A DNA stretch of 63,850 bases, counting the filler, from Octopus bimaculoides (taxonomy: Eukaryota): the NCBI RefSeq assembly GCF_001194135.2. It is 8 parts of 5 records of this genome, joined end to end, with 100 filler letters (N's around TTAATTAATTAA, not from the genome) between each part and the next. Parts side by side here need not be neighbours in the genome. Positions count along the whole stretch, not along the records: positions 1 to 13,488 come from NC_068996.1; 7 more parts are not named here. The stretch is one strand, 5' to 3'. Below, one piece after another: positions 1-12,183 of this stretch (position 1 is its first letter; each line of letters opens with the position of its first letter). Both the position numbers and the translations under genes were made by a program. Below the pieces are notes generated by a model. That model saw only the letters and a list, made by a program, of their open reading frames with translations, ran no database searches and had not been told where the DNA came from.

Positions 1-42
<42 letters not shown>
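1..42. repeat. (ATT)n microsatellite
   Basis: Pure TAT/ATT run from window start. Confidence 0.95.
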
Positions 43-45
<3 letters not shown>

Positions 46-255
46 AGTGGCGAGCTCGCAGAATCGTTAGCACGTCGGACGAAATGCTTAGCGGTATTTC
101 GTCTACCGCTACGTTCTGAGTTCAAATTCCACCGAGATCGACTTTGCCTTTCACCCTTTCGGGGTCGATAAATTAAGTATCAGTTGAGTACTGGGGTCGA
201 TGTGATCGATTGTCCCCCACAAAATCCAGGCTCTGTGCCTATAATAGAAAGGGTT
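43..255 (+). mobile_element. tRNA-derived SINE, family A
   Basis: Head AAAGTGGCGAGCTCGCAGAATCGTTAGCACG, B-box GAGTTCAAATTCC, GGGGTCGAT core twice, (TTA)n tail; homologous to copies at 11950-12183, 25435-25652, 47676-47870. Confidence 0.9.
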
Positions 256-284
256 ATTATTATTATCATTATGTTTTTTTTTGT

Positions 285-392
285 TAGCCTGGTGCCTATT
301 GTGTCAGTCTGTTTTGCCGAACCGCTAAGTTACGGGGACGTACACGCACCAACATCCGTAGCCATTTGGTGGTGGGTAACAGATACAGACGC

Positions 393-395
<3 letters not shown>
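285..395 (-). mobile_element. SINE family B, partial 3' half
   Basis: TTTGCCGAACCGCTAAGTTACGGGGACGTA matches the reverse of the family B 3' half, running into (GACA)n/(CA)n. Confidence 0.75.
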
Positions 396-464
<69 letters not shown>

Positions 465-559
465 ACACACATTACAGTGACTAAGAGATGGTTCCACACT
501 CCTCAAAAGCTTGGAACTCCAAGAATCATAGCCCCGCCAACCTGATGTAGTTTAAATCT

Positions 560-860
560 CATACTCAGGACCATTGCTCTTAGTAGTGGTACCTGTCAGA
601 GTTCCAGAAATTGGTTAACTAGCGTATGTGATGGCAATCCATCCACCTGACTGCTAGGATGCAGAAATACCGTTGGATGGTGTCAGGACGCACAGTAAAG
701 CCACTGAGAGTAAAGGATCCCTAGCTGTTGTCACAGCCTCTTTCTAGGAGAGGGAGACTCTGATGTAAAATCCTGCGGTTTTAAGTAATTGCTAGTTATC
801 TCCCTTCGGCCTGTTGCTAGGTGTTAATCACACACACTCGAAGAATTGTACTAGTGTTGT
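560..860 (+). mobile_element. possible RTE-type LINE 5' UTR remnant
   Basis: CTAGGAGAGGGAGACTCTGA motif resembles the conserved 5' UTR block of RTE elements; no ORF seen. Confidence 0.3.
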
Positions 861-904
861 AAATACATACATACATACATACATACATACATACATACAT
901 ACAT

Positions 905-1450
905 AGGAGCACCCCGTCGGTTACGAGGACGAGGGTCCCAGCTGACACGATCAACGAAACAGCCTGCTCATGAAATTAACGTGCAAGTGATTGAGCAATC
1001 CACAGACACGTGTACCACTAACGTAGTTCTCAGGGAGTCTCAGTGTGACACAGAGTGTGACAAGGCTGGCCCTTTGAAATACAGATACTACTCATTTTTG
1101 CCAGCTAAGTGGACTGGAGCAACGTGAAATAAAGTGTCTTGATCAAGGACACAACGCGTCGCTGGGAATCGGACTCACGACCTTACGATCGTGAGCCGAA
1201 TGCNNNNNNNNNNTTGAGCAATCCACAGACACGTGTACCACTAACGTAGTTCTCAGGGAGTCTCAGTGTGACACAGAGTGTGACAAGGCTGGCCCTTTGA
1301 AATACAGATACTACTCATTTTTGCCAGCTAAGTGGACTGGAGCAACGTGAAATAAAGTGTCTTGATCAAGGACACAACGCGTCGCTGGGAATCGGACTCA
1401 CGACCTTACGATCGTGAGCCGAATGCCCTAACCACTAAGCCACGCGCCTC
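905..1450 (-). mobile_element. tRNA-derived SINE, family D (with an internal assembly duplication)
   Basis: Reverse strand starts GAGGCGCGTGGCTTAGTGGTTAGGGCATTCGGCTCACG (A-box) ... GAGTCCGATTCCC (B-box), then TGTGTCCTTGATCAAGACACTT CORE/V-like block; (TATG)n tail. Confidence 0.85.
991..1426. other. assembly artefact: 213 bp duplicated across a 10-N gap
   Basis: 991-1203 is identical to 1214-1426, separated by exactly 10 N. Confidence 0.85.
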
Positions 1451-2072
1451 ACATACATATATACATACATATGTGCATACAAAAATGCCCTGGTGATATT
1501 AAGTTCCAATGAAGGAGCCTTGGATCTAGGTTAGAAACCGGTTCTTTCTCTATTGGCAAGAAATCATGAAATAAAACTGAATAAAGACATACATACATAC
1601 ATGTTTTTTTTTTACTAATGGGTATATGTCAATTAGTGTGTTGAGTAAAGCACGTTCCAGTTTGGGCTATCTGATGTCATCCACGGTTGGGGTATATTTC
1701 TTCTGGATCTACGCCAGGAATTTCCCAGTGTCAGTTGAGATAATAATAACTTTATTCAGTATGACGATCGTTTCGACCCATCCTGCAGCTGTCCGTTATG
1801 GGTAGGATTTTGTGCATCTAATTGTGTTGCATCAATCTGTGCAGTTTGTATCACATCAGGTACATCCGTAAAGAAAGGAGGTCCCGCTAGATATTCTGAA
1901 ATGTCCAAAGCATAGTATTTAGTGCCTGCTGTATTTTGGATATGACCGGTTACAGTTGTCCGAGGGTATATAACATAAAATGAAACTCGTGCAATCATAA
2001 AACCTAGAGAGTACAACCTATCAAAGAAAGATTACATTTAGGTTAACGGTCATGAACACACACTCTCACAGG

Positions 2073-2108
<36 letters not shown>

Positions 2109-3299
2109 ACGCCAGTATGTCGTTTATGGTGATTATTGGCTATCGGGATGTAGAATTCATGGCAGACTTCTATCCATTATCTGACATACCACTGCGAGGT
2201 AGGGTCGGCTATCAGTTACAGATGATTACTCTCTGGGTGGTAGGCGGGATGTTTTGCAGACACACACACATACATGTACACAAGTATTTGTGTATATACA
2301 CATAGCCACNNNNNNNNNNNNNNNNNNNNNNNNNNNNNNNNNNNNNNNNNNNNNNNNNNNNNNNNNNNNNNNNNNNNNNNNNNNNNNNNNNNNNNNNNNN
2401 NNNNNNNNNNNNNNNNNNNNNNNNNNNNNNNNNNNNNNNNNNNNNNNNNNNNNNNNNNNNNNNNNNNNNNNNNNNNNNNNNNNNNNNNNNNNNNNNNNNN
2501 NNNNNNNNNNNNNNNNNNNNNNNNNNNNNNNNNNNNNNNNNNNNNNNNNNNNNNNNNNNNNNNNNNNNNNNNNNNNNNNNNNNNNNNNNNNNNNNNNNNN
2601 NNNNNNNNNNNNNNNNNNNNNNNNNNNNNNNNNNNNNNNNNNNNNNNNNNNNNNNNNNNNNNNNNNNNNNNNNNNNNNNNNNNNNNNNNNNNNNNNNNNN
2701 NNNNNNNNNNNNNNNNNNNNNNNNNNNNNNNNNNNNNNNNNNNNNNNNNNNNNNNNNNNNNNNNNNNNNNNNNNNNNNNNNNNNNNNNNNNNNNNNNNNN
2801 NNNNNNNNNNNNNNNNNNNNNNNNNNNNNNNNNNNNNNNNNNNNNNNNNNNNNNNNNNNNNNNNNNNNNNNNNNNNNNNNNNNNNNNNNNNNNNNNNNNN
2901 NNNNNNNNNNNNNNNNNNNNNNNNNNNNNNNNNNNNNNNNNNNNNNNNNNNNNNNNNNNNNNNNNNNNNNNNNNNNNNNNNNNNNNNNNNNNNNNNNNNN
3001 NNNNNNNNNNNNNNNNNNNNNNNNNNNNNNNNNNNNNNNNNNNNNNNNNNNNNNNNNNNNNNNNNNNNNNNNNNNNNNNNNNNNNNNNNNNNNNNNNNNN
3101 NNNNNNNNNNNNNNNNNNNNNNNNNNNNNNNNNNNNNNNNNNNNNNNNNNNNNNNNNNNNNNNNNNNNNNNNNNNNNNNNNNNNNNNNNNNNNNNNNNNN
3201 NNNNNNNNNNNNNNNNNNNNNNNNNNNNNNNNNNNNNNNNNNNNNNNNNNNNNNNNNNNNNNNNNNNNNNNNNNNNNNNNNNNNNNNNNNNNNNNNNNN

Positions 3300-3460
3300 T
3301 TTAGGGTTAGGGTTAGGGTTAGGGTTAGGGTTAAGAGTATTTTTGCCAAATTTGATGAAAATCTGTTCAATACACCGCCACAATTTTTTCACCAAATTTG
3401 GCAAAAATACTCTTAACCCTAACCCGAACCCTAACCCGAACCCTAACCCTAAAACCCTAA
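3300..3460. repeat. head-to-head telomeric repeats around an inverted-repeat core
   Basis: (TTAGGG)5 at 3301-3330, 31-bp arms 3331-3361 and 3386-3416 (1 mismatch), 24-nt loop, then CCCTAA/CCCGAA units to 3460. Confidence 0.9.
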
Positions 3461-4134
3461 AGCTAAAACCAGTACAAGCGCACGAACGATGTCATAAATA
3501 ACAGTACCGCCGATAGTTGTTGTTGACAAACGACGGCACTAATTTTATTCAAGGGAAAATATTCCGTTACATCGCACAACGTTTGTTGACAAACCACAGC
3601 AGTAATTGTTTTCACCTCAAAAGACGTCAGTGATTGATTGAAATTACCGAAATACGACAACTTTTAACATGAAATAACTTCGAATATAAAAAATTTTCTC
3701 TGTTCCATAACAAAATATACAAGTATACAAAGTTTGAAAGTGTTTCGGTAGAAAACACACTAAATAAAAACTAAATAAAGAATGGTGTCCGCCAAATCAG
3801 AAAGATCCTAGACAGCAATTTATTTGAACATATTCAATTCTGTTCGATATCAAATTTCTTGCTCCTACAGCTGTTTCCATGCCCAATTAATTCAATTTGA
3901 AGAATTAAACTGGAATTAAATTGATCTAAATTTTCATATCGAATATCGTTAATTGGGTTTTTCTTCAGGGGAATAATTCAATGAAAAAGGAGCTATACTC
4001 AATGTGTTGATTGATCATTGATCGACTCAGATTTCAATATGGAAATTTAAATTAATTTAATTTAATTTAATTTCTCAAATTGAATTAATTGGACTTGTGA
4101 CTGAATTTGGTAGACGGAAACTGCAGCGAAAATG

Positions 4135-4269
4135 ACCGAAAAACATGTTTATAAAGAAGAGTTGTTTGCTTCATACTACTCGCGTACCGATTCAGCCCAT
4201 AACAAAGGAACAAATAATACAGTGTAGGTATAGGTCATAACAGCCGTGCAACGCCGGGCTGCATTGCTA

Positions 4270-4271
<2 letters not shown>
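4135..4271 (+). mobile_element. Helitron 3' end remnant
   Basis: TEKHVYKEEL-like helicase C-terminus, GCCGTGCAACGCCGGGC imperfect hairpin, then CTAG (4267-4270) followed by T. Confidence 0.6.
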
Positions 4272-4331
<60 letters not shown>

Positions 4332-5214
4332 GTATGTGTATANNNNNNNNNNNNNNNNNNNNNNNNNNNNNNNNNNNNNNNNNNNNNNNNNNNNNNNNNN
4401 NNNNNNNNNNNNNNNNNNNNNNNNNNNNNNNNNNNNNNNNNNNNNNNNNNNNNNNNNNNNNNNNNNNNNNNNNNNNNNNNNNNNNNNNNNNNNNNNNNNN
4501 NNNNNNNNNNNNNNNNNNNNNNNNNNNNNNNNNNNNNNNNNNNNNNNNNNNNNNNNNNNNNNNNNNNNNNNNNNNNNNNNNNNNNNNNNNNNNNNNNNNN
4601 NNNNNNNNNNNNNNNNNNNNNNNNNNNNNNNNNNNNNNNNNNNNNNNNNNNNNNNNNNNNNNNNNNNNNNNNNNNNNNNNNNNNNNNNNNNNNNNNNNNN
4701 NNNNNNNNNNNNNNNNNNNNNNNNNNNNNNNNNNNNNNNNNNNNNNNNNNNNNNNNNNNNNNNNNNNNNNNNNNNNNNNNNNNNNNNNNNNNNNNNNNNN
4801 NNNNNNNNNNNNNNNNNNNNNNNNNNNNNNNNNNNNNNNNNNNNNNNNNNNNNNNNNNNNNNNNNNNNNNNNNNNNNNNNNNNNNNNNNNNNNNNNNNNN
4901 NNNNNNNNNNNNNNNNNNNNNNNNNNNNNNNNNNNNNNNNNNNNNNNNNNNNNNNNNNNNNNNNNNNNNNNNNNNNNNNNNNNNNNNNNNNNNNNNNNNN
5001 NNNNNNNNNNNNNNNNNNNNNNNNNNNNNNNNNNNNNNNNNNNNNNNNNNNNNNNNNNNNNNNNNNNNNNNNNNNNNNNNNNNNNNNNNNNNNNNNNNNN
5101 NNNNNNNNNNNNNNNNNNNNNNNNNNNNNNNNNNNNNNNNNNNNNNNNNNNNNNNNNNNNNNNNNNNTATATATATATGTGTGTGTGTGTGTGTATGTGT
5201 GTGTGTGTGTGTGT

Positions 5215-5301
5215 GCACGCGTATTTGTGTGTCTGTGTTTGTCCCCTCTCCATTGCTTGACAACTGATGTTGATGTGTTTATGTCCCCGTAACGTAGCGG
5301 T
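5215..5301 (+). mobile_element. SINE family B, 3' half after gap
   Basis: GTGTCTGTGTTTGTCCCC...GCTTGACAACTGATGTTGATGTGTTTATGTCCCCGTAAC. Confidence 0.75.
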
Positions 5302-5455
5302 GAGTGGGATTTGAGGGAGAATTGTCTACCATTTTTCGCCGGCCAAACGACCACCAGAGACCTGGGTCTTTGTGGGCAATTGTTGTTACTCGGGATCAAC
5401 CTCTTGGAATCCAGGACATTTATAATTATGGTGAGCCATGTGTCATACGGCCCGC

Positions 5456-5493
5456 ATACAAATAAGACACGTGAACTGGTGTCTTATTTGTAT
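5456..5493. repeat. perfect 15-bp hairpin
   Basis: ATACAAATAAGACAC - 8 nt loop - GTGTCTTATTTGTAT. Confidence 0.9.
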
Positions 5494-5639
5494 AGAACTG
5501 GAGTGTGTGTAATTGTTTACTTCTAGATCAACGAGTTCTGGCTAAGTAAATTAATACTCACAAGTATTCGAGGGATATCTAAGCTACATTGTTTAATGTG
5601 TCCTTCGTTAGCTGCTATTTCAAAAAAAAAATTGAAGGT

Positions 5640-5820
5640 AGGCGCAAGAGTGGCTGTGTGGTAAGTAGCTTGCATACCAGCCACATGGTTCCGGGTTCAG
5701 TCCCACTGTGTGGCACCTTGGGCAAGTGTCTTCTACTATAGCCTCGGGCCGACCAAAGCCTTGTGAGTGGATTTGGTAGACGGAAACTGAAAGAAGCCCG
5801 TAGTATATATGTATATGTAT
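5640..5820 (+). mobile_element. SINE family B, 5' half
   Basis: AGGCGCAAGAGTGGCTGTGTGG A-box, GGTTCAGTCCC B-box, CACCTTGGGCAAGTG CORE-like block, runs into (TA)n and a gap. Confidence 0.9.
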
Positions 5821-6311
5821 NNNNNNNNNNNNNNNNNNNNNNNNNNNNNNNNNNNNNNNNNNNNNNNNNNNNNNNNNNNNNNNNNNNNNNNNNNNNNNNN
5901 NNNNNNNNNNNNNNNNNNNNNNNNNNNNNNNNNNNNNNNNNNNNNNNNNNNNNNNNNNNNNNNNNNNNNNNNNNNNNNNNNNNNNNNNNNNNNNNNNNNN
6001 NNNNNNNNNNNNNNNNNNNNNNNNNNNNNNNNNNNNNNNNNNNNNNNNNNNNNNNNNNNNNNNNNNNNNNNNNNNNNNNNNNNNNNNNNNNNNNNNNNNN
6101 NNNNNNNNNNNNNNNNNNNNNNNNNNNNNNNNNNNNNNNNNNNNNNNNNNNNNNNNNNNNNNNNNNNNNNNNNNNNNNNNNNNNNNNNNNNNNNNNNNNN
6201 NNNNNNNNNNNNNNNNNNNNNNNNNNNNNNNNNNNNNNNNNNNNNNNNNNNNNNNNNNNNNNNNNNNNNNNNNNNNNNNNNNNNNNNNNNNNNNNNNNNN
6301 NNNNNNNNNNN

Positions 6312-6364
<53 letters not shown>

Positions 6365-7181
6365 GTAAATATGGAACAGAGGTCATCTATTACATGAACT
6401 TTGTTCAACTCTGGCAATTTCGTTGACAGTTATCCGAATAATCTCATTAACTTAGGTACCAAGGGAAATAATGACAATTATCAAAAGAAAATCTTACGCT
6501 CCCATGGCAATTTATGTGAAGCTGATCATGCTAAAGTGTCAGTGCTAATATACATACATTCTGAAGATTATATATCAGAATATGCAAAGGCCACTTCAGA
6601 AGCGGACGCTTAAATCATATTTTCAAACATGCAGAGGAAAATAAACGGCGCAGCTTTATTAAGTTACGAAAAGTACTTACACGAACAGAATATTTGCAAC
6701 TTTAATACCACCCGACCAAAATTCGTGTTTCACTAACATGTACACACAGCTTGTGAAAATTACTGTTGTCTCATCAACGACAAAGCGTACTCTGTATTCA
6801 CATACCTACTGAAATATGAAACAGGAGAGCAGAGTTAATTTCTAAATGCCGACATTAGAACAAATTTTAATTCTTATATTCTTTCTAGTCCATTGAACTA
6901 AATTAAAAGTAAATATTTAAACATCTGGAAATCCGTGGAGCACCATTCTGCACGCAAGTCAAAACGAAAGTCATCAAAACAATGAAATGCGCTAATAAAA
7001 ACAAACCTCAAGAGTTCACCAGCCAGCCAGCCCGCCCACGTGAAGATTGTCCAAAGAAAGGGGGATTGTTAAGTGAGTAATGGAATGTTGTAAGATGAAA
7101 CTATAGCTCAGTATATGAAATATTTACTCGTCGAAAGGCATTGAGTTATTGTTTAATTTGTTGTGGCATACAGTCACATAC

Positions 7182-7497
7182 GTGGAGGCGCAATGGCCCA
7201 GTGGTTAGGGTTGCGGACTCACGGATGGAGGATCGCGGTTTCGATTCCTAGACCGGGCGTTGTGTGTGTTTATTGAGCGAAAACACCACGAGGCTCCGGC
7301 AGGGGGTGGTGTCGACCCCTGTTGTACTCTTTCGCCCCAACTTTCTCTCACTCTTTCTTCCTGTTTCTTGAGAAACGCTGCGATGGACTTGCGTCCCGTC
7401 CAGCTGGAGGGAACACATACACCATAGAAACCGGGAAACCGCGCCCATGAGCCTGGCTAGGCTTGAAAAGGGCGCATAATAAAAAAATAAAAAAATA
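7182..7497 (+). mobile_element. tRNA-derived SINE, family C, full length with TSD
   Basis: A-box TGGCCCAGTGG, B-box GGTTTCGATTCC, A-rich tail; direct repeat ATACAGTCA at 7168-7176 and 7498-7506. Confidence 0.9.
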
Positions 7498-7503
7498 ATA
7501 CAG

Positions 7504-8542
7504 TCATACTATAATGGGCGTTAAGTCCGTTTGTCTGTCTGTACGCTCTTCACAGTGAAATGACTGCACCAATGATCACGATGTTTTTCGGGATTACCAA
7601 GGAGGTAATCAGGAAGGTTTTTAGCGATAAAAATTTGAAAAAGTATGATTATTTAGTGGCTATTGAAGGTAATTGTCCAGTTTACGGGGGTAAAAAAAAT
7701 ATAAAGGGAGACAACTCCTAATAAAAGAAGCAAAGGGAAGTTAATCAACTTACTTCTCCACTGAATTAAGCCTTATAAGAAAGTTTTCGGATAGCTTTAT
7801 TAACGATTGATTGTGATGGCTTTGGCTCATCTTTAATCGGTGTATGGCTACTATGAACTTCGTCAATAACGATTGTATGCATGAAGCTGTGTAACGCTTT
7901 ATTAAATTTTCCTTCGTTCCACGCCATTAAGACCTGGAAATCAGCAATTGGTAGAACAACCAGGAAAGGTGTCGCTATAAAAAGTAAGAGACAATCTAAC
8001 ATTGAAAACAGACAAACCCAACAGAATAAGGATACGGAAGGTCATAGAATTCGCCTTGATACAGAAGTGAGAGCGTTGGAACAGAGCAGGGATACGCTGT
8101 TTCGCCAAATAACACGGAGAAATCCTCAAGTGAGAACTTCGGAACAGAGCAGGCACACTTGAACTCGCCAAGTAACACGCAAGAATCTTCAAGTGAGAGC
8201 TTCGGAACTGATAAAGAATACTTTAGTTCGCCGAAAATCAAGACAAGTGCAGTTTCCTATAAAACTGGAATTCTCATTCACAGCAAACATGACACAGGTC
8301 CAGACTTTAGATCGTATAGGTATATTTTTTACCCAGTCTGATGTTTATACGTTGCTATGAGTAGAGCAACGGACTCCAGTAATTTGAAAATTAGTGTCGA
8401 CCACACACAAAATATCGTCTACAAAGAAGTTTTGTAATCATATTGATATTAAAATCCATTTATGCATTTTTCAATGCATACCGCTGTTATGATTTCCCTC
8501 CCTCATTTTTATGCCTCCATCGTAGATGGGTAGATTGGCTAG
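7504..8542 (+). mobile_element. internally deleted Helitron
   Basis: 5' TCATACTATAAT..GTCTGTCTGT; ~69-bp coding-type repeats (EQSRDTL..R.NPQVR) at ~8060-8210; Pif1-helicase C-terminus LYVAMSRATDSSNLKISVDHTQNIVYKEVL* at 8345-8437; short hairpin 8517-8529 then CTAG|T at 8539-8543. Confidence 0.75.
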
Positions 8543-8603
8543 TTTAGATAACACAAGCGCATTATTACATACATGTATACATACACATACAAATGCACGC
8601 ACG

Positions 8604-8700
<97 letters not shown>

Positions 8701-10024
8701 TGTAACTGGCAGTGTTTCAGTATAGCTGAAACTATGCCAGTTATTACTATAATTGCTAGAATGTTATAAATTGAAATTATACCACACACAAATACACACA
8801 CGAGTCAACATGTTAGCTTATCTGGTGGGGTGGTTATTGATTTATAGGGACTAATTTTGTTGTCATTCATATAGTGTCCTTGTAATAGACTTCCTGTTAA
8901 GAAGTGTTTTATAATGAGACCAAGAGATCAATTAAAATTAGCGAGATAGTATATATTTTCGTACCTGCGTTTATTGATAAATTCTGATTTCTTATTTAAA
9001 GATGTCAGTTATTTCGTTGCCGGTGTAATATTTCTCGTAGAGAACAGAATATATGGTACAAAGAATATACTTGTTGCTGAAGTGGTTTATAGATCAACTA
9101 ATTATAAACTTTCAAAATTCGTTGTATCTTAATTACCAAATATGACTCGATAATTGTGTGACATTTCTGTGATGCTTATTTTACCTTCAAGAAGAGAAAA
9201 AACATGTAAAGAGAAGACAAAACAGGAATATGGTGTATTATAATTACTGTATGATTGCTTCAAGTTGTGACTTCGAGTGGTTTTCACTTTTTCGTGCATC
9301 TAATACCCGGAAAAAGTGCAATTAAGAACGGGTGGTGCCAGATTATTGCACATTACTTTATTTATTTGTTTATTTGTTATCTATTGTATTGTAGTGCTCT
9401 TGTCTGCGTTGACCTTATGGCCATTCAGTGTAAAAAAAAACTGGTACTTTTGTTGTTGATGTTGCTGTCGTTATCATGATTACTGCTGTTGAAGTTGTTG
9501 TTGGGGCTACAACTACTACCACGACTGTTGTTTTAAACGATCATCATTATCATCATCATCATCATCATTTCATTCGAGTTTCTAATATGAAGGTCTACCT
9601 CATAGGAAAAGAGGTAGACCGCCTAGCAACTCTTGTCTGCATACCAAAATACACATACGCGCACATAAACATACATACACACACAAACACATACCGCTTT
9701 ACACTCACTCACACACATTATATTATGCAAGTGTGTGCAAACAAAAGATTGACAGAATGTGTGTGTGTGTGTGTTTAATTATTCAATAGTTGCATAACTT
9801 GTTCAACAAGTTTCTCTTAATTCCCTTCTAAGCCTATTTTCTTGAACCCACAAGAAAAACCCCACCCGATTGACCAGAAATCGTTTCCTTCTTTGTATCT
9901 TGCTTTGACATTATTTTTTTAATCCACCCTTGAAAGCCCACCCCAATTTAATCTAAACAAAAGCACAGTTACTTGACGAGCCAAAGTTGTGTGTGTGTGT
10001 GTGTTGGGGGGTGGGAGGCTTACG

Positions 10025-10140
10025 TGGTCGTCCATTTGCAAGAAACAACAGTCAAAATTCTCTGAAAATCACAATCCTTACTGTCTTCAAATGAGACAGA
10101 CATATTGGATAATGTAATCCTAGGTACACCTAGGACTGAT
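10025..10140 (+). mobile_element. degenerate interspersed repeat, family E
   Basis: Similar by eye to 56975-57215 and reverse of 27312-27550. Confidence 0.4.
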
Positions 10141-10299
10141 TAATAAAATATTGGATGGTCACAACATTGGTAAAATACAAACAAACAAGTATATGTTCTT
10201 CAATAACCACTAAATAATCACACACACTATATACTGATGCACTTTTTTCTTCCATTTTATTTTCGCTATTAACCGTCCTCTCGACCCCCTTCGTATCTA

Positions 10300-10569
10300 C
10301 GATGGGGCCACGAACTATACGATGAAAATCCAGAGTTACTCGTGGTCGGTGAACTTTTAATAAAAATGAGAAGGTGGTTTATCACTTCAAAAATCGTTCT
10401 TCACGATATAATCGTACTTTCTGATTTTCTTTTTTTTAATGCTAAAAACTTTCTTGTCGACCGTCTTTGTAATCCCGAAAAATATCGTAACCATTGGTCC
10501 AGCCGTCCGGCAGTGAAGAGGGAATAGACAAAGAGGCGGACAGACGTTCATAACTCCCATTATAGTAAA
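10300..10569 (-). mobile_element. Helitron 5' portion, same family as 7504-8542
   Basis: Reverse strand TTTACTATAATGGGAGTTA...CTCTTCAC...CCAATGGTTACGATATTTTTCGGGATTAC aligns with 7504-7640. Confidence 0.65.
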
Positions 10570-11144
10570 TCTAANNNNNNNNNNNNNNNNNNNNNNNNNN
10601 NNNNNNNNNNNNNNNNNNNNNNNNNNNNNNNNNNNNNNNNNNNNNNNNNNNNNNNNNNNNNNNNNNNNNNNNNNNNNNNNNNNNNNNNNNNNNNNNNNNN
10701 NNNNNNNNNNNNNNNNNNNNNNNNNNNNNNNNNNNNNNNNNNNNNNNNNNNNNNNNNNNNNNNNNNNNNNNNNNNNNNNNNNNNNNNNNNNNNNNNNNNN
10801 NNNNNNNNNNNNNNNNNNNNNNNNNNNNNNNNNNNNNNNNNNNNNNNNNNNNNNNNNNNNNNNNNNNNNNNNNNNNNNNNNNNNNNNNNNNNNNNNNNNN
10901 NNNNNNNNNNNNNNNNNNNNNNNNNNNNNNNNNNNNNNNNNNNNNNNNNNNNNNNNNNNNNNNNNNNNNNNNNNNNNNNNNNNNNNNNNNNNNNNNNNNN
11001 NNNNNNNNNNNNNNNNNNNNNNNNNNNNNNNNNNNNNNNNNNNNNNNNNNNNNNNNNNNNNNNNNNNNNNNNNNNNNNNNNNNNNNNNNNNNNNNNNNNN
11101 NNNNNNNNNNNNNNNNNNNNNNNNNNNNNNNNNNNNNNNNNNNN

Positions 11145-11209
<65 letters not shown>

Positions 11210-11229
11210 TATATACATATATAGGTACA

Positions 11230-11400
11230 CACACACATGCGCAAGTGACTTTGTATTTTTCTCCCCCATAGCTTGACAACCGGTGTTGGTTTGCTTACAT
11301 CCCCATAACTTAGCGCTTCGGTAAGAAAACTATAGAGTAAATACCAGGCTTAAAAAAAATGTACTGGGATCGATTTGTATTGATTAAACTCGTCAAGTGA
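11230..11400 (+). mobile_element. SINE family B, degenerate 3' half
   Basis: GCTTGACAACCGGTGTTGG...CCCCATAACTTAGCGCTTCGG after (TG)n and gap. Confidence 0.7.
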
Positions 11401-11949
11401 TTGAAACAAGCAAATGATAGGTGTGTTTAATGAAGACTAACCTGAAGCGAAACAGCAAACGTCAACAACGGACATACAAAGAATCACATACGCACATACG
11501 CACACACATACACACACGCGCACGCACGCACAAGGGGACAGCCATCACCAGGTGGATATCCATTTGTCTTTTTTTAATGCGAGAGATTTCAAGGCGGCAT
11601 GTCTTTAATCTTGTTTATTAAGGAATGTAATTACGTTTTTTTTCCCTTCACATTCAGGTGAACAGTATATACCTGAATATAAAGTTCTTTTGATTTTCTA
11701 AAGAGTTGCATACTTTTAACTTTCAAACGCATTTTACTTTTCGATTACACGACCTTACACAAATTTTATTAACAATAATAACGTTTCTTTCTTTCTTTCT
11801 TTCTTTCTTTCTTTTTTCCTTTCTTTCTTCCTTTCTTTCTTCCTTTCTTTCTTTCTTTTATCTAAACCGATTTCGACCAGGATTTTTCATCTTCGTCTTC
11901 TTTCTTTTCTTTTTCTTTATTTAATACATTTTATTTTTCTTATTTCTTT

Positions 11950-12183
11950 ATTTCCCACAAAGAGCTAAACATAGAGGGGACAAACAATGACAGACAAGGA
12001 CAGACAAAGGAATTAAGTCGATTAGATCGACCCCATTGCGTGACTGGTACTTAATTTATCGACCCCGAAAGGATGAAAGGCAAAGTCGACCTCGGCGGAA
12101 TTTGAACTCAGAACGTAACGGCAGACAAAATACCGCTAAGCATTTCGCCCGGCGTGCTAACGTTTCTACCAGCTCGCCGCCTT
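11950..12183 (-). mobile_element. SINE family A, full length
   Basis: Reverse: AAGGCGGCGAGCTGGTAGAAACGTTAGCACGCCGGGCGAAATGCTTAGCGG...GAGTTCAAATTCCGCCGAGG...AATAAAGAAATAAG tail. Confidence 0.92.

Noticed and set aside
991-1426. Apparent tandem duplication inside a SINE
   Set aside because: Identical copies either side of a 10-N gap; unmerged contig overlap
1750-1805. Half hammerhead on the minus strand (GAAAC-GATC-GTC with a stem II-like ACCCA/TGGGT)
   Set aside because: The CUGANGA half of the core and stem I are missing
7182-7260. tRNA genes suggested by A/B boxes here and in other SINE heads
   Set aside because: Boxes are followed by SINE bodies and tails and do not form complete cloverleaves
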